Shown here piece by piece: positions 61,130 to 64,000 of a stretch of 64,000 nucleotides of DNA. How positions within the stretch are numbered: position 1 is the first letter of the stretch; each line of letters starts with the position of its first letter. The notes beneath the pieces are model-generated. The model had not been told where the DNA came from. It ran no database searches and saw only the letters and a list, made by a program, of their open reading frames with translations. The position numbers and the translations under genes were made by a program. Location: IMG/VR virus record IMGVR_UViG_3300037294_000405, positions 32,001 through 96,000 of that record. One strand, given 5' to 3'. This stretch comes from a virus.

Positions 61130-61879
61130 ATGGCAAACGGTAAATACATAAACATAAATTACCCCAATATATACATATATGCTTTGGTTTCAGAAGAAGA
61201 CCAAAAAAACATTAAATATATTGGAGTAACTTCTAAAACACCTTCAAATCGATTAAGTAATCATATTTATGAAGCAAAAAAAACACCTAATAAAACTGAT
61301 AAAACAAAATGGATTACATCTGTAAATTATAAGTTAAAACAAATAATTTTAGATATTGTTGATTTTGAAACAGCATATTTTTGGGAACAATATTGGATAT
61401 CACAATTTAAAACATGGGGTTTTGTTTTAGTAAATTCAAATAATGGTGGTGGTGGTTTAGGTAAAAGAAGCATTGAATTTTCAGCTTGGTTAAGTAATAG
61501 GAATAAAGGTAATAAATATAATTTAGGTAAAACACATTCTGAAGATACTAAATTAAAAATGAGTAATAAAAAACTTGGTAAACCATCACCTAGAAAAGGT
61601 ATTGAAGTGTTAGAAAAAACCAAAGAAAAACAATCTAAAGCTAAAATAGGTAGTGTTGGTAATGCAACTGGTTTTAAACATACAGAAGAAACTAAAAATA
61701 AGAAAAGAAAAAAAGTTTTACAAATAAGTATTAATGGTCAAATAATAAATGAATTTACATCAGTATCTGATGTCTCAAATTATTTTTCTGTAAATATTTC
61801 TACTATATCAAAAAGATTAGATAAAAATAAAGAATATAAAGGTTTTATATTCAAAACTAAAATAGAAAACAATGGCTAA
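61130..61879 (+). mobile_element. GIY-YIG homing endonuclease fused to the first 12 codons of the gp25-like gene
   Basis: MANGKYININYP followed by YIYAL...KYIGVT....RL..H, EQYWI and NUMOD3-like GKTHSEDTK / GFKHTEETK repeats. Confidence 0.9.
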
Positions 61880-62258
61880 TGGTCGCTTTATAAACATAAA
61901 TTACCCCTTTAAGGATAGTAACAAAGGTTTTTTCTTAGATTTGAATGATGAAGATAGTCAAGCGATAAAAGCCGACCTTCTACATATAATATTAACTAGA
62001 AAAGGTCAAAGACTTTATAAACCAGACTTTGGTACTGATTTATTAAAATTTATCTTTGAACCACAAGATGGAATGACGTTAAATGCCGTTAAAGAAGAAA
62101 TTAAATCAGTAGTAAAACTTTATTTACCAAAATTACAATTAGATGAAATTTTAGTTGAAGAAGCTACCGAAAGCGAATACGCTGCTGTGTTCACTTTAAA
62201 ATATACAATAACAGATGCTGTTTTTACAACATCAGACATAGTAGTAGTAAAACTATAA
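61872..62258 (+). CDS. baseplate wedge protein (T4 gp25 / gpW-like)
   Basis: AIKADLLHIILTRKGQRLYKPDFGTDL..FIFEP. Confidence 0.88.
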   Translation: MANGRFININYPFKDSNKGFFLDLNDEDSQAIKADLLHIILTRKGQRLYKPDFGTDLLKFIFEPQDGMTLNAVKEEIKSVVKLYLPKLQLDEILVEEATESEYAAVFTLKYTITDAVFTTSDIVVVKL

Positions 62259-62265
62259 ATAAATT

Positions 62266-64000
62266 ATGGCAAATCAAGGAATAAATTATACAGCAAGAAA
62301 TTTTGCTGATATACGTGCAGAATTAGTCGATATGGTAAGACAATATTACCCAGACATATTTAATGATTTTAATGACGCTAGTGTTGGTATGATGCTTCTA
62401 GAATTAAATGCGGCTGTAGGTGATATGTTATCAGTTAATACTGATAGAATGTTTCAAGAAACACAAATAGATTACGCAAAAGAAAGAAAATCAGTTTTAT
62501 CTATGGCTAGAACTTTTGGTTTAAAAATTCCAGGAAAAAGACCTAGTGTTACTATTGTTGATTTTAGTATAACATTACCTGTATTAGGTGACACCTTTGA
62601 TGTTTCTTATGCACCAATTATTACAACTGGTACCCAAGTTTCTGGTGGTGGTAAAATTTTTGAAACAACAAATGACATAGATTTCTCAAATCCATTCACT
62701 ATAGGTGGAGTACCAAATAGATTAATTTTACCAAATTTTGATTCTAATGGTATATTGCTTAACTATACTTTAGTGAAAAGGGAAATTGTTACAAACGGAT
62801 ATTCAAAAATTTATAAAAGAGTTATCACACAATCTGATGTTAGACCATTTTTAGAAGTTATATTACCAGAAGATAACGTAATAAGTATTGAATCTATTAT
62901 AATGCTTCCTGGTACTAATTTTGTTGGTACACCTAATATTTCTGATTTTGCAAATATAGAAAATAAATGGTTTGAGATGGGTGCTTTAGCTGAAGACAAA
63001 GTGTTTATTTCTGATAATTCAAGAACAACAGATAATGCTGGTGTAAGACCAGGAAAATGGATAACCACTAATAAAAAATTTATTAGCGAATACACTGATT
63101 TAGGTTTTACTAAAATTATATTTGGTGCTGGTACCCAAGACACTAGTAGTTTATGTGATTTTGATACTAATAAAGAATTAGTAAATCAAATTGGTGATTT
63201 TATAAATAATTTATCTTTAGGTATTGTACCAAATGCAAATACTACGATGTTTATAAGATATAGATTAGGTGGTGGTGCTGATAGTAATATAGGTCCAAAT
63301 GTTTTAAAATCTCTTGGTCTTTTAAATCTAACAATCAATGGACCAAACGAATCAATAAATCAAGCGGTTAGAAGTTCATTAAAAGTAAATAATTTGTTTC
63401 CAGCGTTAGGTGGTAAAGACGTTCCTAGTGTTGAAGAAATTAGGAATATGGTTAAATATAATTTTTCATCACAAAACAGAGCAGTAACTATTAAAGATTA
63501 TCAAACTAGAATTGCTCAAATGCCTGGAAATTTTGGGATACCTTTTAGATGTGGGGTAACTGAGGAACAAAATAAAGTTAAAATTTATGTTTTAGGTTTA
63601 GATTCAGCTGGTAAATTATCAAATAATTCAACTAGTGCTTTAAGAGAAAACATAACAACTTATTTGGCTGATTATAGGATGTTAAATGATTATGTTCAAG
63701 TAGGTAATGGTAGAATAATTAATTTATCTTTTGAGGTGGATTTGTTTATTGATAAAAAAATGCCACAATCACAAATCATTAGTCAAGTAATTACTGAGGT
63801 TAAAAACTATATGGATATTAGTAAATACCAAATGGGTGATAATATTTACATGTCACCATTAGTAGAGGTTATTAATAATGTTGGAGGCGTTATGAACGTT
63901 TTAGATGTTAGAGTTTTTAATAAAGTTAATGGTAACTATAGTTTAAATGAAATATCACAAGAATATTTTGATGTAACAACTAGACAAATTGATTTAGGTG
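62266..64000 (+). CDS. baseplate wedge subunit (T4 gp6 / baseplate J-like), partial, runs off window end
   Basis: Not in the ORF track. Manual translation MANQGINYTARNFADIRAEL...FNDASVGMMLLELNA...SMARTFG, and later GGKD....EEIR...QNRAVTIKDY. Confidence 0.88.
   Translation, partial: MANQGINYTARNFADIRAELVDMVRQYYPDIFNDFNDASVGMMLLELNAAVGDMLSVNTDRMFQETQIDYAKERKSVLSMARTFGLKIPGKRPSVTIVDFSITLPVLGDTFDVSYAPIITTGTQVSGGGKIFETTNDIDFSNPFTIGGVPNRLILPNFDSNGILLNYTLVKREIVTNGYSKIYKRVITQSDVRPFLEVILPEDNVISIESIIMLPGTNFVGTPNISDFANIENKWFEMGALAEDKVFISDNSRTTDNAGVRPGKWITTNKKFISEYTDLGFTKIIFGAGTQDTSSLCDFDTNKELVNQIGDFINNLSLGIVPNANTTMFIRYRLGGGADSNIGPNVLKSLGLLNLTINGPNESINQAVRSSLKVNNLFPALGGKDVPSVEEIRNMVKYNFSSQNRAVTIKDYQTRIAQMPGNFGIPFRCGVTEEQNKVKIYVLGLDSAGKLSNNSTSALRENITTYLADYRMLNDYVQVGNGRIINLSFEVDLFIDKKMPQSQIISQVITEVKNYMDISKYQMGDNIYMSPLVEVINNVGGVMNVLDVRVFNKVNGNYSLNEISQEYFDVTTRQIDLG

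Noticed and set aside
1-64000. Genome-wide stop codon reassignment (TAG or TGA recoding)
   Set aside because: Long structural and replication genes are fully open in the standard code and coding density is high. Only one TAG has a coding-like continuation.
1-64000. tRNA or rRNA genes
   Set aside because: Intergenic gaps are short and AT-rich and no cloverleaf or T-loop consensus was recognised by eye. A tRNAscan run would be needed to exclude them formally.
1-64000. Prophage or bacterial chromosome origin
   Set aside because: No integrase, repressor, att site or host housekeeping context is present. The content is that of a large lytic myophage.

Overview
A gene-dense, very AT-rich 64 kb segment of a large lytic myophage (T4-like or jumbo-type architecture). 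The host is very probably a Bacteroidota member: there are repeated TTG-N20-TAnnTTTG promoters and A-rich translation starts without Shine-Dalgarno sites. Replication and nucleotide genes (IMPDH/GMPR-like, dUTPase, family B DNA polymerase, SNF2 helicase, gp32-like SSB, RecA/UvsX-like recombinase, 5'-3' exonuclease, DnaB-like helicase, NrdB/NrdA, glutaredoxin) are interleaved with virion genes (neck, tail fibres, sheath, tube, tape measure, baseplate). The main structure not explained by the ORF list concerns four free-standing homing endonuclease genes (HEGs), each sitting in an essential locus that remains functional. One lies between the halves of an nrdA gene split by a natural split intein at the catalytic cysteine. 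One carries a recoded replacement 3' end of the neck gene. One has taken the 5' end of the gp25-like baseplate gene and supplies a recoded replacement. One appears to split a terminator hairpin. An SNF2 helicase shows the same duplicated-terminus pattern with no endonuclease present. Other points of note are a candidate +1 frameshift in the tail chaperone pair, a candidate late promoter motif ATATTTAT, an ORF-less promoter/AT-repeat/terminator unit (candidate origin), an OmpA-like domain in a baseplate protein, and a hub protein with two peptidoglycan hydrolase domains. All product calls come from motif recognition by eye; no database search was run.
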